A stretch of DNA of 54,867 nucleotides from Mesotaenium endlicherianum. Lineage: Eukaryota. Each line of letters begins with the position of its first letter. The stretch's first letter is position 1. The notes below the pieces were generated by a model. It had not been told where the DNA came from. It ran no database searches and worked only from the letters and a program-made list of their open reading frames with translations. Of the stretch, positions 27,928-38,797 are shown piece after piece. The translations under genes were made by a program, and so were the position numbers. The stretch lies in the NCBI GenBank assembly GCA_009602735.1, contig WELA01002438.1, forward strand, positions 137,259 to 192,125, read 5' to 3'.

Positions 27928-29406
27928 ATGGTAAGGACAAGGTCTCAAACTAGCAACTCCCGAGACATGGAGAACCAGGATAACGAGAATGTCGAAAACC
28001 AGGCGGAAAGCCATGTAGCGGGAAACCGTACCTATTCGGAAGCAGTAGCGGATACTGCAGCTAGGGAGGCTGCAGATGAGGCAGCTGCTATTGCCTCAGT
28101 CGCAGCTCAGCAAGCTGAGGAGGAGATAGCCAGACTAGAAGCTGAACAAGTAGCAAAGGCCGCTGAAGATATACAAAGGAGGGAAGGACAGCCAGCTGAC
28201 GAGCGCACTGTTGAAGAACTTATGGCATCAAGGGCCAATGTTCTGAACCCACCTCCTGCCGTACAACTCAATGTACCCCTAGGTCAAATACGTGACCGGC
28301 TGAATGCGGCAGGAATTGCTGCTGCAGGAGCAAGAGGGATTGTTGAGGACACTACTCAGCGAGTAGATGCCAATGCTGCTGCTGCATTTGCTAATCTACC
28401 ACCCCAAAATGTAGACTTGGGAGCATTGTTCGTTCAGATGCAGTCGCAAATGGCGACCATGTATCAGTCCCAGCAGGAGGACAAAAGAATCATAATGTCC
28501 CTACTCCGGGACAGAGACCAACTGGGGTCTCACACCACTAGTGGTGGTGGCCGAGGGCCTAGTAAGCCCAAGCCGAAACCTCCCCAGGACTATGATCCTG
28601 AGGGAAACAGAAAATATTACCTGATCAAGTTTCTCGCGGATGTTGAGCAGTGGCTGGAGAACTACCCAGAACTGCAAGATTACGAGAAGGTCAGGCACAC
28701 CGGTGCGCTACTGAAAGGCAGTGCCGCAGACTGGTGGCTTTACTGGAAGGAAGAGCGTAAGGCTCGGCAACTCGGTGACCCTACGTGGGTAGAGTTTGTC
28801 GAGAAGTTGCATGAGAAGTTTGATGTCATCAACCAGCAGGAGAAAGCTATCTATGCGATGATCTCCCTGACACTGAAGCAGACCACTTCAGTTGCTGAGT
28901 TTGCTCAAAAGTTCCAAGAGAACATGATGAAGCAGCCTGATTTGCCAGAACGGTATAGGATAGCATACTTCAGGTATGGCTTGAAATCCGAGGTCTCTGG
29001 TCATTTTGCTGAGAAAAAGTATGAGAAACTGGCTGACTTGATCCAGGATGCTGACGCCTGGGATCAGCAGCAGTTCAATCACAAGCGCCAGAGTAACGCT
29101 TTGGTGTCTAAGATTGTCAAAAAGCCCCACGGTTCCTACAATGCAGTTGAAGGAGACCAGGCTGAGGATAATCAGGGTGATGAATATGAGTATGAGTACA
29201 ATGCTATTCAGTCTAGAGGTAGAGGTGGTCCCTCTCGAGGTGGCTATGGAAGGGGTGGTGGTAGGACTAAGCCGAGACCAGCCTCAGCAAAATCTACTTG
29301 CTACCATTGTCAGCAGAAAGGCCACTACAGAGAACAGTGTCCGGTCAAGCACCTGCCTAAGGTCGAGAGAAAAGACCAGCCTTTAAAAGACAGCAACAGT
29401 CAGTAA
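27928..29406 (+). CDS. gag: Gag, 492 aa, family A copy 2
   Basis: LKGSAADWW...TWVEF...[14 protein letters not shown] retrotransposon capsid motifs and a CCHC knuckle. Confidence 0.95.
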   Translation: MVRTRSQTSNSRDMENQDNENVENQAESHVAGNRTYSEAVADTAAREAADEAAAIASVAAQQAEEEIARLEAEQVAKAAEDIQRREGQPADERTVEELMASRANVLNPPPAVQLNVPLGQIRDRLNAAGIAAAGARGIVEDTTQRVDANAAAAFANLPPQNVDLGALFVQMQSQMATMYQSQQEDKRIIMSLLRDRDQLGSHTTSGGGRGPSKPKPKPPQDYDPEGNRKYYLIKFLADVEQWLENYPELQDYEKVRHTGALLKGSAADWWLYWKEERKARQLGDPTWVEFVEKLHEKFDVINQQEKAIYAMISLTLKQTTSVAEFAQKFQENMMKQPDLPERYRIAYFRYGLKSEVSGHFAEKKYEKLADLIQDADAWDQQQFNHKRQSNALVSKIVKKPHGSYNAVEGDQAEDNQGDEYEYEYNAIQSRGRGGPSRGGYGRGGGRTKPRPASAKSTCYHCQQKGHYREQCPVKHLPKVERKDQPLKDSNSQ

Positions 29407-32400
29407 TCCAGTCTACTGACTGTGAGGATGCTAGAGATAGTGAGTCGTCACTAGCTGCCCTCGTAGCAGGTATTATGGGTCCTGCTGAACTGGATTCACT
29501 ATGCATGCCTGACAACCAGATAAAGGAGACCATCAGCAATATAGACGTCCAGAGAGTGCACACTCTGGATGCTCTTGTTCCACCTGATGTCCAACATTTC
29601 TTTGCTACGTCAGGAGAACAATGCGAAAGTCAGGAAAAGACAGTCCCCCCTATCCTACTGCATTGCATGATTGCAGGTAGGAAGGTGAGGGCATTTGTTG
29701 ACGGAGGGGCGTCACATACTTTTATCCACAAGGACTTAGTTAAGCGGCTAAGGCTGCCTACTGTCACCCAAGGGAATAGAAAAATATTCCTTGGAGATGC
29801 CTCAAGTATCCCGGGAGGAGTTATAACCAAGCCTATTGAGGTCCAGTTAGGTTCTGGCATTGCAGTTCTAACTGAAACGCTTACATTTGAGGTACTCAAC
29901 ACTGGCTTTTATGATCTCGTGCTAGGCAGGTCCTGGCTTAATAGACATCAAGCTGAAGTGTGTTGGAGCAGAGGTACAGTTAAAGTGAGAGGAGCCAGTG
30001 ATGGGCAGACTGACTTGGCACCCACCAGTGCTCTTCCTCTTGTCCTGTGTGGATGGCAAATGAAGGAAAAGAAGAGGCTTCCAGAAGGATGCAAGTTGCT
30101 GAATGCAATGGAGTTCGTCAAAAGCTGGAACCAGAAGGAAGACAGAATGTTCTGTCTGCTGCTAAGAGAGGTACCTCCTCAACCTGAAGAAGTGGTTGAG
30201 AAAAAGGTACACCCTCCGGAACACCCTACTGCTGCAAACATTGTTGCTCAGTACACGGATGTGTTTAATATGCCTCCAGGACTACCCCCTAAGCGGGAAG
30301 TAGATCATAGGATTGATTTATTACCTGGTAGCCAGCCACCCTGGCAACGCACGTATGGCTTGTCTTATTTGGAGAGTGAGGAGTTGAAAACACAGATTGC
30401 AGAGCTGGAGGAAAATGGTTACATTTCTCCCAGTAAATCACCGTACGGCGCACCTATCCTATTTGTTAAGAAAAAGGATGGCAGTATGCGGATGTGTGTG
30501 GATTACAGAGCCCTGAACAGAATTACAGTAAAGAACAAGTATGCTTTACCCAGAATCGAGGACTTGCTTGATACCCTGTCTGGCGCTAAGGTGTTCAGTA
30601 AGATAGATCTCAAGAGTGGTTATCATCAAATCAGAATTGCTGAGGGGGATGAACACAAGACTGCTTTCCGCACACGTTATGGACACTATGAGTTCAACGT
30701 GATGCCATTTGGACTGACTAATGCTCCTGCTACCTTTATGGGTGCTATGAATGACATTTTCAGACCTTATTTGGATAAGTTTGTGCAAGTTTTCCTGGAT
30801 GATATTTTAATTTTCTCTAAAGATGAAGCTCAGCACACTGAACACTTAAAGAAAGTGCTGGACACTCTGCGGAAAAATCACTTGTATGCTAAAATGAGCA
30901 AGTGTGATTTCTTTAAGGAAAGTATTGAATTCTTAGGCCACGTTGTCAGTAAAGAGGGCATCAGTGTGGATCCTAAGAAAGTCCAGACCATAAGGGACTG
31001 GCCAGTACCACAGTCTGTCTCTGAAGTTAGATCCTTCCTCGGGTTGGCTAACTACTATAGGAGATTTATTGAGAATTATTCCACAAAGGCCAGTAAACTG
31101 ACTGACCTTACTAAGAAAGACATCGGGTATGTGTGGGGGGAAGAGCAGCAGGCTGCCTTCCAGACCCTTAAAGATGCCCTTTGTTCTGCCCCAGTGCTAG
31201 CCGTGTATGACCCCAGCAAACCGGTGCAGGTGGTTACTGATGCCTCTGATTTTGCCATGGGTGCTATTTTGTTGCAGCCTGCTGACAAAACCACAAAGGA
31301 TGGTAAGGTACGGCAGGAGTGGCATCCTGTGTTGTATGAGTCTATGAAATTTAATCCAGCGGAGATTAATTACTCAGTGCATGATAAAGAGCTGCTAGCT
31401 ATCATTCATGTACTCAAACAGTGGAGAGCATACTTACATGGTAAAGCTTTTAAGGTGATTACAGATCATCTAGCTCTGACCCACTTTCAGAAGAAGTCCA
31501 AGCTGTCGAGGAGGGAGAACCGCTGGAGCCAGATGCTGGAGCAGTTCCAAGTCCAGATCGACTACAAACCAGGGAAGTTGAATCCTGCTGATGCACTCTC
31601 TAGAAGACCTGACTTGCAAGAAAGGAACTTTAGTCAGCATACTGTAGATAAAGTCCTGTGTGCACTCACTTCACTAAAGGTGAAAAAGTCCTTCCTTGAA
31701 CAACTTAGGAAAGCCTACCTTTCTGACCCAACATTTGAGCCCAGCCCCACTACTGGTATGTGTCGTGCTACCGCACTCGGGTATAAGCTCAAGGGAGGGG
31801 TCTGGGTGACTGAAACCACTTCAGGCAGGCTGAAGCTGGTCATTCCTAATAATTTGGAAATAAGGTCTCTCTTACTGAGTCAAGCTCATGACAGTCTCCT
31901 GGGTGGACATTTGGGGCAGGCCAAAACTGTTGGCAAACTGGCAAAACATTATCATTGGGAGGGGTTACCCCGGGAGGTCTTGAAATATGTCAAGTCCTGT
32001 GACCAGTGTCAGAGAAATAAGTCTCGGCACACACCACCCGGAGGTCTCTTGCAACCGCTACCCATCCCAGCGGGACGCTGGGAAACTATATCCATGGACT
32101 GGGTGGTCTCACTACCAAGAACTGCCAACGGGCATGATTCAATACTGGTAGTCGTGGATAAACTGACAAAAATGGTCATTTTTATCCCCACAACTGTCAA
32201 AGTGACTGCACTCGAAACAGCGAGACAGTTTTACAACCATGTAGTATGCCAACATGGGCTCCCTTCTAATATCATCTCAGACAGAGACTCAAAATTCACC
32301 TCTAAGTTCTGGAGAGCTTTAATGGGGTTAATGGGAGTCAAACAGCTGCTCAGCACAGCAAACCACCCTCAGACTGATGGGCAGACTGAAAGAACTAACC

Positions 32401-33188
32401 GAGTTCTGCAGGAGGTGCTGAGAGCATATATTAACCAAAAACAAGATAATTGGGATGACCTGTTGCCTCAAATTCAGTTTGCGGTCAACAGTGCGGTGCA
32501 CGCGTCAACGGGCAAAACTCCTTTTGAACTCAGCCTGGGTAGAGTCCCTAGGTCTCCTCTAGATGTGTTAGGGGAATCTTTAACTCACCCTGAAGGAAAT
32601 GACAACCCGGTCTCCCTCCAGTTAACTCAGGAGTTTGCTGACACCCTGTCAGAAGTCCAACGAAACTTGCACACGGCCCAGCACAACCAACAAAAATACG
32701 CTAATCAACACCGTTGGGAACTGACATTTTCCAAGGGGGATTTAGTCAAACTGCATTCTGAGCACCTGTACCTCCCTGGTGTGGTCAAGAAAAAGCTTGG
32801 CCCTGTCTGGGTCGGTCCCTATTCGGTGGTCCGTCGTGTCGGTCAGAATGCTTACAAACTGAACATGTCAGCCGAATACAAGGGGCACCCGATCTTTAAT
32901 GTCTCCTTCCTGGAACCGTACATCAAAGGTGATACACTGTTCACAGGTCGGTTCCCTGTCCAACCGGGACCGGTTCCCGCTGTCCGGGACGGCGACCCTG
33001 AGTATGAGGTCGATGAGATTTTAGACTCTCGCTCGGTACGTCGATTGTGTAAATATGTCATGAAATACCTCATTCGATGGAAGGGTTACGATGCCTCTGG
33101 GGACACTTGGGAGTTTAAGGACCACTTGACCAATGCCAAAGGGGCGTTGACACGGTTCCACCTTCGGGCCGCTGGAGTCCCTCCATAA
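29382..33188 (+). CDS. pol: Pol polyprotein with chromodomain, family A copy 2 (first ATG 29475)
   Basis: Same motifs as copy 1; slippery heptamer 29382-29388 and hairpin 29396-29423. Confidence 0.96.
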   Translation, partial: FKRQQQSVIQSTDCEDARDSESSLAALVAGIMGPAELDSLCMPDNQIKETISNIDVQRVHTLDALVPPDVQHFFATSGEQCESQEKTVPPILLHCMIAGRKVRAFVDGGASHTFIHKDLVKRLRLPTVTQGNRKIFLGDASSIPGGVITKPIEVQLGSGIAVLTETLTFEVLNTGFYDLVLGRSWLNRHQAEVCWSRGTVKVRGASDGQTDLAPTSALPLVLCGWQMKEKKRLPEGCKLLNAMEFVKSWNQKEDRMFCLLLREVPPQPEEVVEKKVHPPEHPTAANIVAQYTDVFNMPPGLPPKREVDHRIDLLPGSQPPWQRTYGLSYLESEELKTQIAELEENGYISPSKSPYGAPILFVKKKDGSMRMCVDYRALNRITVKNKYALPRIEDLLDTLSGAKVFSKIDLKSGYHQIRIAEGDEHKTAFRTRYGHYEFNVMPFGLTNAPATFMGAMNDIFRPYLDKFVQVFLDDILIFSKDEAQHTEHLKKVLDTLRKNHLYAKMSKCDFFKESIEFLGHVVSKEGISVDPKKVQTIRDWPVPQSVSEVRSFLGLANYYRRFIENYSTKASKLTDLTKKDIGYVWGEEQQAAFQTLKDALCSAPVLAVYDPSKPVQVVTDASDFAMGAILLQPADKTTKDGKVRQEWHPVLYESMKFNPAEINYSVHDKELLAIIHVLKQWRAYLHGKAFKVITDHLALTHFQKKSKLSRRENRWSQMLEQFQVQIDYKPGKLNPADALSRRPDLQERNFSQHTVDKVLCALTSLKVKKSFLEQLRKAYLSDPTFEPSPTTGMCRATALGYKLKGGVWVTETTSGRLKLVIPNNLEIRSLLLSQAHDSLLGGHLGQAKTVGKLAKHYHWEGLPREVLKYVKSCDQCQRNKSRHTPPGGLLQPLPIPAGRWETISMDWVVSLPRTANGHDSILVVVDKLTKMVIFIPTTVKVTALETARQFYNHVVCQHGLPSNIISDRDSKFTSKFWRALMGLMGVKQLLSTANHPQTDGQTERTNRVLQEVLRAYINQKQDNWDDLLPQIQFAVNSAVHASTGKTPFELSLGRVPRSPLDVLGESLTHPEGNDNPVSLQLTQEFADTLSEVQRNLHTAQHNQQKYANQHRWELTFSKGDLVKLHSEHLYLPGVVKKKLGPVWVGPYSVVRRVGQNAYKLNMSAEYKGHPIFNVSFLEPYIKGDTLFTGRFPVQPGPVPAVRDGDPEYEVDEILDSRSVRRLCKYVMKYLIRWKGYDASGDTWEFKDHLTNAKGALTRFHLRAAGVPP

Positions 33189-33455
33189 CTGTCATTTCAG
33201 TTGACACGGGAAGGTGACAGGCAGTCCTGTCTCCATTTAAGTTGGAGGGGAAAATATATGACAGTTAGTGAGCGAGAGCGATAAAAACACACTCATACGT
33301 TTATGTGTAGCGCATCGCAACTACGTCAACTTTTAGCAATCATCCTGTAAGGTAAACAGCAGCGAAGCCACTATACTAAATACTAACATACTTCCTGCAA
33401 TCCCTATGACAAAGGTCCATATCCTACTAACTTGTGCCCTGGTTACATGTGCAGG

Positions 33456-35132
33456 ATGGCGCCCACCACACAAAAGGAGGACAGAAAGCGCAAGGCAGAA
33501 GAAGCCAGGAGGACAATGGAGCAATACCAGAAGGAGCTGGCGGCGACGTCCCTCACCAGGAGAGAACAAGAAAGGGTCCGCAAACAACAAGAGGCGGCAG
33601 AAGAGGCACAGAGGAAGAAGGATCAGGAAGCGGAAAACCTCAGGAAGGCTGAGGAGGAGAGACAGAAGAAACAGCAAGAAGAAGCGGCAGCGGCAGAAGA
33701 GGAGAAAAGAAAAAAGATTGAAGCGGACAGACAGAAGAGCTTGGCCACTTACAGGTATACTGTGGTGGGTGGCCAAAACTTCGATAACCTGAAGGAAGCA
33801 TTGCTGGCAGCCCAGGAGATCAACAGGCTGGAACAGACAACACTGCTACAGAAGGAAGGAGCTACAGCACTGGACAGGTACATCGAGACACACACCGGCG
33901 TGGTCCTTTACGAAGATTATGCTAAGATGGTGGGCTATACAGCAGAGCAGGCCCGGTATCTCGCAGATGATTCAGAGGACAAGCCGGTCCCCATACCGGG
34001 AATAGTGGGAGATCAGAGACTCATCCGGATGGTGAGCATGCGGCCCGATAGCTTTAAGGATACGGTATTCTACCTCACACTCCTGCCAGCTTACAATGAA
34101 GTTGAGAGAAGGAGCTGGGAGTACTTGGCCAGGGAAGCAGGACAGCAGATGTTCTCTCCCCACTGGTTCCCGTGTAAACTGAGGAAGGCTGAGCACGGAC
34201 CCCAGTACTACCAGCAGCCAACAGACTGGAGGTGGATGACCGTCACAAATAAGAAGCAGGAGTGTGACCGAGCCCAACCGGATGACTTCCACTATGGCCT
34301 AGACGGCTATCTCATCCTACCACCTCACATTGCCCCTTGGGACCCCAGGCTGAATGGATGCCTGAGCAATATGAATGCAGAGACCAAGGAACATAGGAGG
34401 AGGGGAAGAGACTACTTCTCTAAGGGAAAGCATGCCTTTGTCAAATGGGCAAAGAATGCAGGCCGGATAGATATCAGTAGGCTGAAGGCCAAGCAACCTC
34501 CAGCGCGCCCTAAGAAAGGGAGGTCGGTAGACTACTCCATGTCTACTAGGGAGCAGGACGACTTAGTGGACGAGACCCCTACTCTCTCCGAGGAGGAGGA
34601 TGAGGAGGATGAGGAAGAAGAACAAGGCAGAGGAGAAGCATCAGCAGCAGGTACTCAGGATACCCAGGGACAGGCAGTGGCACTTCCTAAAGAACCACGA
34701 TCAGGTGTGTGGAATGTGATCCCCGTTATGGCGACAACTGGACCCCGCGCTCGCTCCCCCAGCCCACCTGCCCAAGCAGGGGAAGAAGCTGATCTGACTG
34801 TACTGGGCAGCAGACACAGACAGAAATCCCCAGAGGACAGGGGTGCCAGAAGAGGGACACGCGGGTGGGCCAGAGGTATGCCAGCCTCCCCCTCCGCTCA
34901 GGGGCATGTACCTCTAGCCAATGTATTTCAGCATCCTACTGGAATGCCTGTCTATGTGGGCATCAACACCCAAGTGGTTGAAGAGCAGGCTACCATCCTT
35001 CGTTCTCCTCGAGGTCCAACTTTAGAGCAAACCGGGTTCTTTAGAAGGCCAGCTGACAGACCTAGAGGGCTGTCCAGATCTAGGTCCAGATCTCCGTCCC
35101 CTGATCCTGAAGCCCCAGGAACCACCCCTTAA
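33456..35132 (+). CDS. Additional ORF3 of family A copy 2
   Basis: Protein identical to 4378-6054. Confidence 0.85.
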   Translation: MAPTTQKEDRKRKAEEARRTMEQYQKELAATSLTRREQERVRKQQEAAEEAQRKKDQEAENLRKAEEERQKKQQEEAAAAEEEKRKKIEADRQKSLATYRYTVVGGQNFDNLKEALLAAQEINRLEQTTLLQKEGATALDRYIETHTGVVLYEDYAKMVGYTAEQARYLADDSEDKPVPIPGIVGDQRLIRMVSMRPDSFKDTVFYLTLLPAYNEVERRSWEYLAREAGQQMFSPHWFPCKLRKAEHGPQYYQQPTDWRWMTVTNKKQECDRAQPDDFHYGLDGYLILPPHIAPWDPRLNGCLSNMNAETKEHRRRGRDYFSKGKHAFVKWAKNAGRIDISRLKAKQPPARPKKGRSVDYSMSTREQDDLVDETPTLSEEEDEEDEEEEQGRGEASAAGTQDTQGQAVALPKEPRSGVWNVIPVMATTGPRARSPSPPAQAGEEADLTVLGSRHRQKSPEDRGARRGTRGWARGMPASPSAQGHVPLANVFQHPTGMPVYVGINTQVVEEQATILRSPRGPTLEQTGFFRRPADRPRGLSRSRSRSPSPDPEAPGTTP

Positions 35133-35245
35133 GGTGACAGGCTGAAAAGATAGTCAGTAAGGGAGGCTGGTCAGGGTCAGTTTCTTTATTTAAAGCTTTT
35201 GCAGTTTAATGTTGTCGAGGCGACAACAAGTTAAGTTGGAGGGAT

Positions 35246-35990
35246 TGTAATGAATCAGTATATTAGTAGATATAATATTCATTTAAATATAATAGTTAAT
35301 TTAGTTCAGCCTGCTGAACTTTAGTTAGTAGTCAGTCTGCTGAACTTTAGTTAATAATCAGTCTGCTGGACTTTACATAATTATCAGTTTAATGACTCGG
35401 CCGAAAGCAGCAGGCTGAAGTCAACTTAAGTCAGCTTGCTGACACATTCTTTGACAGCCAGCTGACTTCCGTACTCGGTAGCAGCGAACTGCCTTGATAT
35501 GCATCTAAGTGCGATATGCTAGATGAATGGCCAGATGACATCCCTATGATGGATGGCTATTCGGGATGATGGGAGATGGCGGTGGATTTGGTTAACCGAG
35601 GTCCTACCAACGTGGTTAACTCCCGGGTAGGCGGTGCCATCGCACTGACCGTTGAACAGTAAACTCATTCCATGTACATATGCTAGGCATTGCTCTCGAG
35701 TTCGGCATTCGGAAACGAGGCCAACTCTCTTGTACAGCTTACTGAGAGAGATCTGAATCCAAGGCGAGAAGCCATTGATACGCACTGTCTTCTAACCTTG
35801 CTTATGTATGAGTTTACTGATTTGCATCATTGATGCTAGTTTACTCGCATTTGACTTACGAGTATTATTCCCTGCTAGTGTATTGTCCTTTGCCGTTTAA
35901 CTAGTTAACGGAAATACCATAAAGATTACTTGCTGATATAAAGATCTTTATTAATTGTTAATCGCCTATTTGGTAAGTCGATTCATTTCA
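35246..35990 (+). repeat. 3' LTR of family A copy 2
   Basis: 745 bp, preceded by TTAAGTTGGAGGGAT and followed by TSD CAATC. Confidence 0.97.
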
Positions 35991-36123
35991 CAATCAGAGG
36001 AAGCACGAGTGCCGGCTGTTCCCCTTCAGAGGGTTCAGTGACAGTACTGAGATCGGAGTCTGAGTCTTCTCCACTAACCCCTTTGTAGTAAGGCTGGTAA
36101 GCACGCCCACTACGGGTAGGCAT
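35991..36123 (-). pseudogene. gag: Displaced N-terminus of element B gag
   Basis: Translates MPTRSGRAYQPYYKGVSGEDSDSDLSTVTEPSEGEQPALVLPLI and joins in frame to 27143 once the insertion and one TSD copy are removed. Confidence 0.8.
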
Positions 36124-36173
36124 ACGCTGAAGATTCTAATTGCGTGCAGGCAAAGAGAGATCTGTTTAGAAGT

Positions 36174-37175
36174 AAGGAGTGTGTACTCTCCAGAGTGAGC
36201 ACCTCAAGACTGTAATCTGGTAGGAAAACAACTAATGAAGTCTGGCCCAAAAGATCACTGGAAGCACATCATGATCTTCAAGAGTAGTCCTATGGCAGGG
36301 GGTATAAGCTGTGACTTTGCTCACCACTTGTGAAGTTCTTCTAGTGATTGGAAGCCAGCAAGGCTTGCTCTTCACAAGAGAGAGACTAAGTGGTCCTGAA
36401 AACACAAGAGATAAAAGTGTAAGCTTTACTGATAATCCCTGTGACTTACAATTGGCATAATGGGACTTCTAAAAAGAGGTTCCTCTAGGGACATCTCTAG
36501 CACTTATACTCCTGAAACCCGGCGTCGTATGCGGCGGATCCAATGCATGTAGTCACTCTAGGAGGCTCTCCTATGTCCACTAATGTGTACAAGGCATGTA
36601 CTAGCACTCCTATAGGCTAAGCATAACTCAAATCAATCAAAGCAAAGCACGTAGAATATGCTAAGTGTCTCTTATTGGTGGAGCTTACCTTGGGTAGTTC
36701 TACCTAGATAGCGCCTCAAAAGTGAATCTGAAACTTGAGGAAGCTTCCTCTAGGAGTAGGTCACCAAGTTATAGCCTCAATGATGCACTTATACTATAGA
36801 AATACAAGACTTATGTAGTCTAAAGGGCTCGCGGATTTATGCGCACAAAGCTAGGGGTCCTTGGGGTCACGAATAGTCAACATTGTCACCTTTGGGTGCA
36901 TTGAGTCACAAGTTGGCCATTTGGTGTGATTCCGCTAGGTGCCGAAAGGAGTGCGGACTAGATCGCGTCTATCTTGCTCGATAATTAACCAAATGACGCG
37001 AAACCGGTGCCATTCGGAAGATGCTTCGACGCGCTACACTTTGGTGACTCGGAAATCTAGAGAAGGTCAACATATGGATGCGTAAAGTCAATGCAAAGTT
37101 GGTCTTCCTAGGTTGATGGTTCACACACGTAGAGCTTGGGTTTGTACGTCAACCTCGACTTTATAAATCATGACA
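36174..37175 (-). repeat. Element B repeat X, 5' terminal copy (~1002 bp)
   Basis: Matches 15166-16176; begins TGTCATG in element sense; not followed by repeat Y or a TGG PBS. Confidence 0.95.
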
Positions 37176-38110
37176 CTACTCCGGAGTGATGAATATGCAT
37201 TTCTTTTAGGACTTGTATCTTGGGCTATGACTGCACATATACTTGATGTGTATAATGAATCTGCATCTCTTTCCGTCGTGCTCTCTCACTCGCTCACACT
37301 TCTCCACACTACTAGAGTACGCCTTCTCTCCGCCCTCGCAAATTCAGTCTCGTCAAGCTCCCTCTCTTGTCTCCTTGCTGATACTTCTCTCCACGTATTT
37401 CACCCTCTCTTTCTCTCTTTCTCGCTCACACCTCTTCCCATTACTAATTAACCCGGGTCATGTCGTATACGGTCATTTAATATTCTAATCCATATCTTGT
37501 TACATTTTTAATCCAATTTCAATATGTACAATATCCGTCCATTGTCATATGTTAGTCACTGCATATCTGTTACCCGATTATCATGCGGCATCACTATGTG
37601 TTCGTAGGCTTGGTTTAATTATTTCTGATGCATGAAATTTTTGCAGCCACGTGGCCTTGCCTAAAGAGACCGCTACGCATGACACGAAGATGCATACATG
37701 CCTTTTCACAAATACTTGAAAAAGCTGAAGTATAAACATAGCACCAACCATTTTTCAGAATTTTTGTGGGACATATGAGCGCGTCCTAGCGCTTACGCGT
37801 CAGCAGCCGGAAAATTGGGCCAACGGCAGCGGCCTGAATATCATCTTCTTCATTTGCTCGACATCGACACTCACTCAAGTCCAAATTTTGTGGCGAAACT
37901 CGTCACCGCGAACAACCCCCGTTTGTAAGGACGGGATTTTTTAACAGATACTAATCACTGTGTATATGCAAAGTAATCAAATCGATCCAACTCGAATCAA
38001 AACTTATTTGATGTCTAGGGACATAGGACTATAGCTTAAGACCGGGTCGGAGTTCGAAATGAGCACCATCGAACATTAAACCATACAAATGACCCCACTA
38101 GGCCTGGTGG

Positions 38111-38797
38111 TGAATCGACTTACCAATAGGCGATTAACGATTAATAAACAATCTTTTTATCAGCAAGTAATCTTTATGGTATTTCCTGTTAAATGATTTA
38201 ACAGCAATAAGACAATACACTAACAGCGACGCTCACAAGTCGAATGCAAGTAAACGAGCATCAATCATGCAATCAGTAAACTCATACATAAGCAAGGTTC
38301 GAAGACAATTCATATGAATGGCTTCTCACCTTGAAATCAAGATCTCTCTCAGTAAGCTGTACAAGATAGTTGGCTTCCTCCCGAATGCCGAACTCGAAAG
38401 CAATACCTAGCATATGTACATGGAATGAGTAGACTGTTCAACGGCAAGTGCGATGGCACCGCCTATCCAGGAGTTAATCTCGTCGGTAGGACCTTGGCTA
38501 ACCAGATTCACAGCCATCTCCCATCATCCCAAATTGCCATCCACCTTAAGGGTGTCATCTGGCCATTCATCTAGCATAACACACTTAGATGCATGACTAG
38601 GCAGTTTGCTGCTACCGAGTACGGCAGTCAGTTGACTGTCAAAGAATGTGTCAACAAGCTGACCTAATTCAGCAGGCTGTTGCTCCCAACTGAGTCATTA
38701 AACTAAAAATTAAACACCTAGAGTTCAGCCGACTGAACTTATTTAACTATTATACTAAAATGAATATTACATTTACTCAATATACTGATTCATTACA
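38111..38797 (-). mobile_element. Diverged solo LTR of family A
   Basis: Reverse complement of the family A LTR along its length (CTGATTCATTACA at 38785-38797, TGAATCGACTTACC at 38111) with many substitutions; no internal sequence and no clear TSD. Confidence 0.9.

Larger units (their letters stand above)
27149..35990 (+). mobile_element. Full-length Ty3/gypsy chromovirus, family A copy 2, nested in element B gag
   Basis: 745-bp LTRs with about 3 differences, 5-bp TSD CAATC (27144-27148 and 35991-35995), PBS, open gag, pol and ORF3, PPT-like tract. Confidence 0.98.
15030..37175 (-). mobile_element. Family B: decayed Ty3/gypsy-type retrotransposon with DNA methyltransferase, PHD finger and split direct terminal repeats; contains nested family A copy 2
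   Basis: Termini TGTCA...CGACA in element sense; 4-bp TSD CTAC (15026-15029 and 37176-37179); gag-PR-DNMT-RT-RH-IN-PHD order on the minus strand; ~1-kb repeat near both ends. Confidence 0.92.

Noticed and set aside
15030..37175. Classifying element B as a DIRS/PAT/Ngaro element
   Set aside because: Despite the split repeats, it has a protease, an HHCC/DDE integrase, TG...CA ends and a TSD, and I found no tyrosine recombinase motifs.
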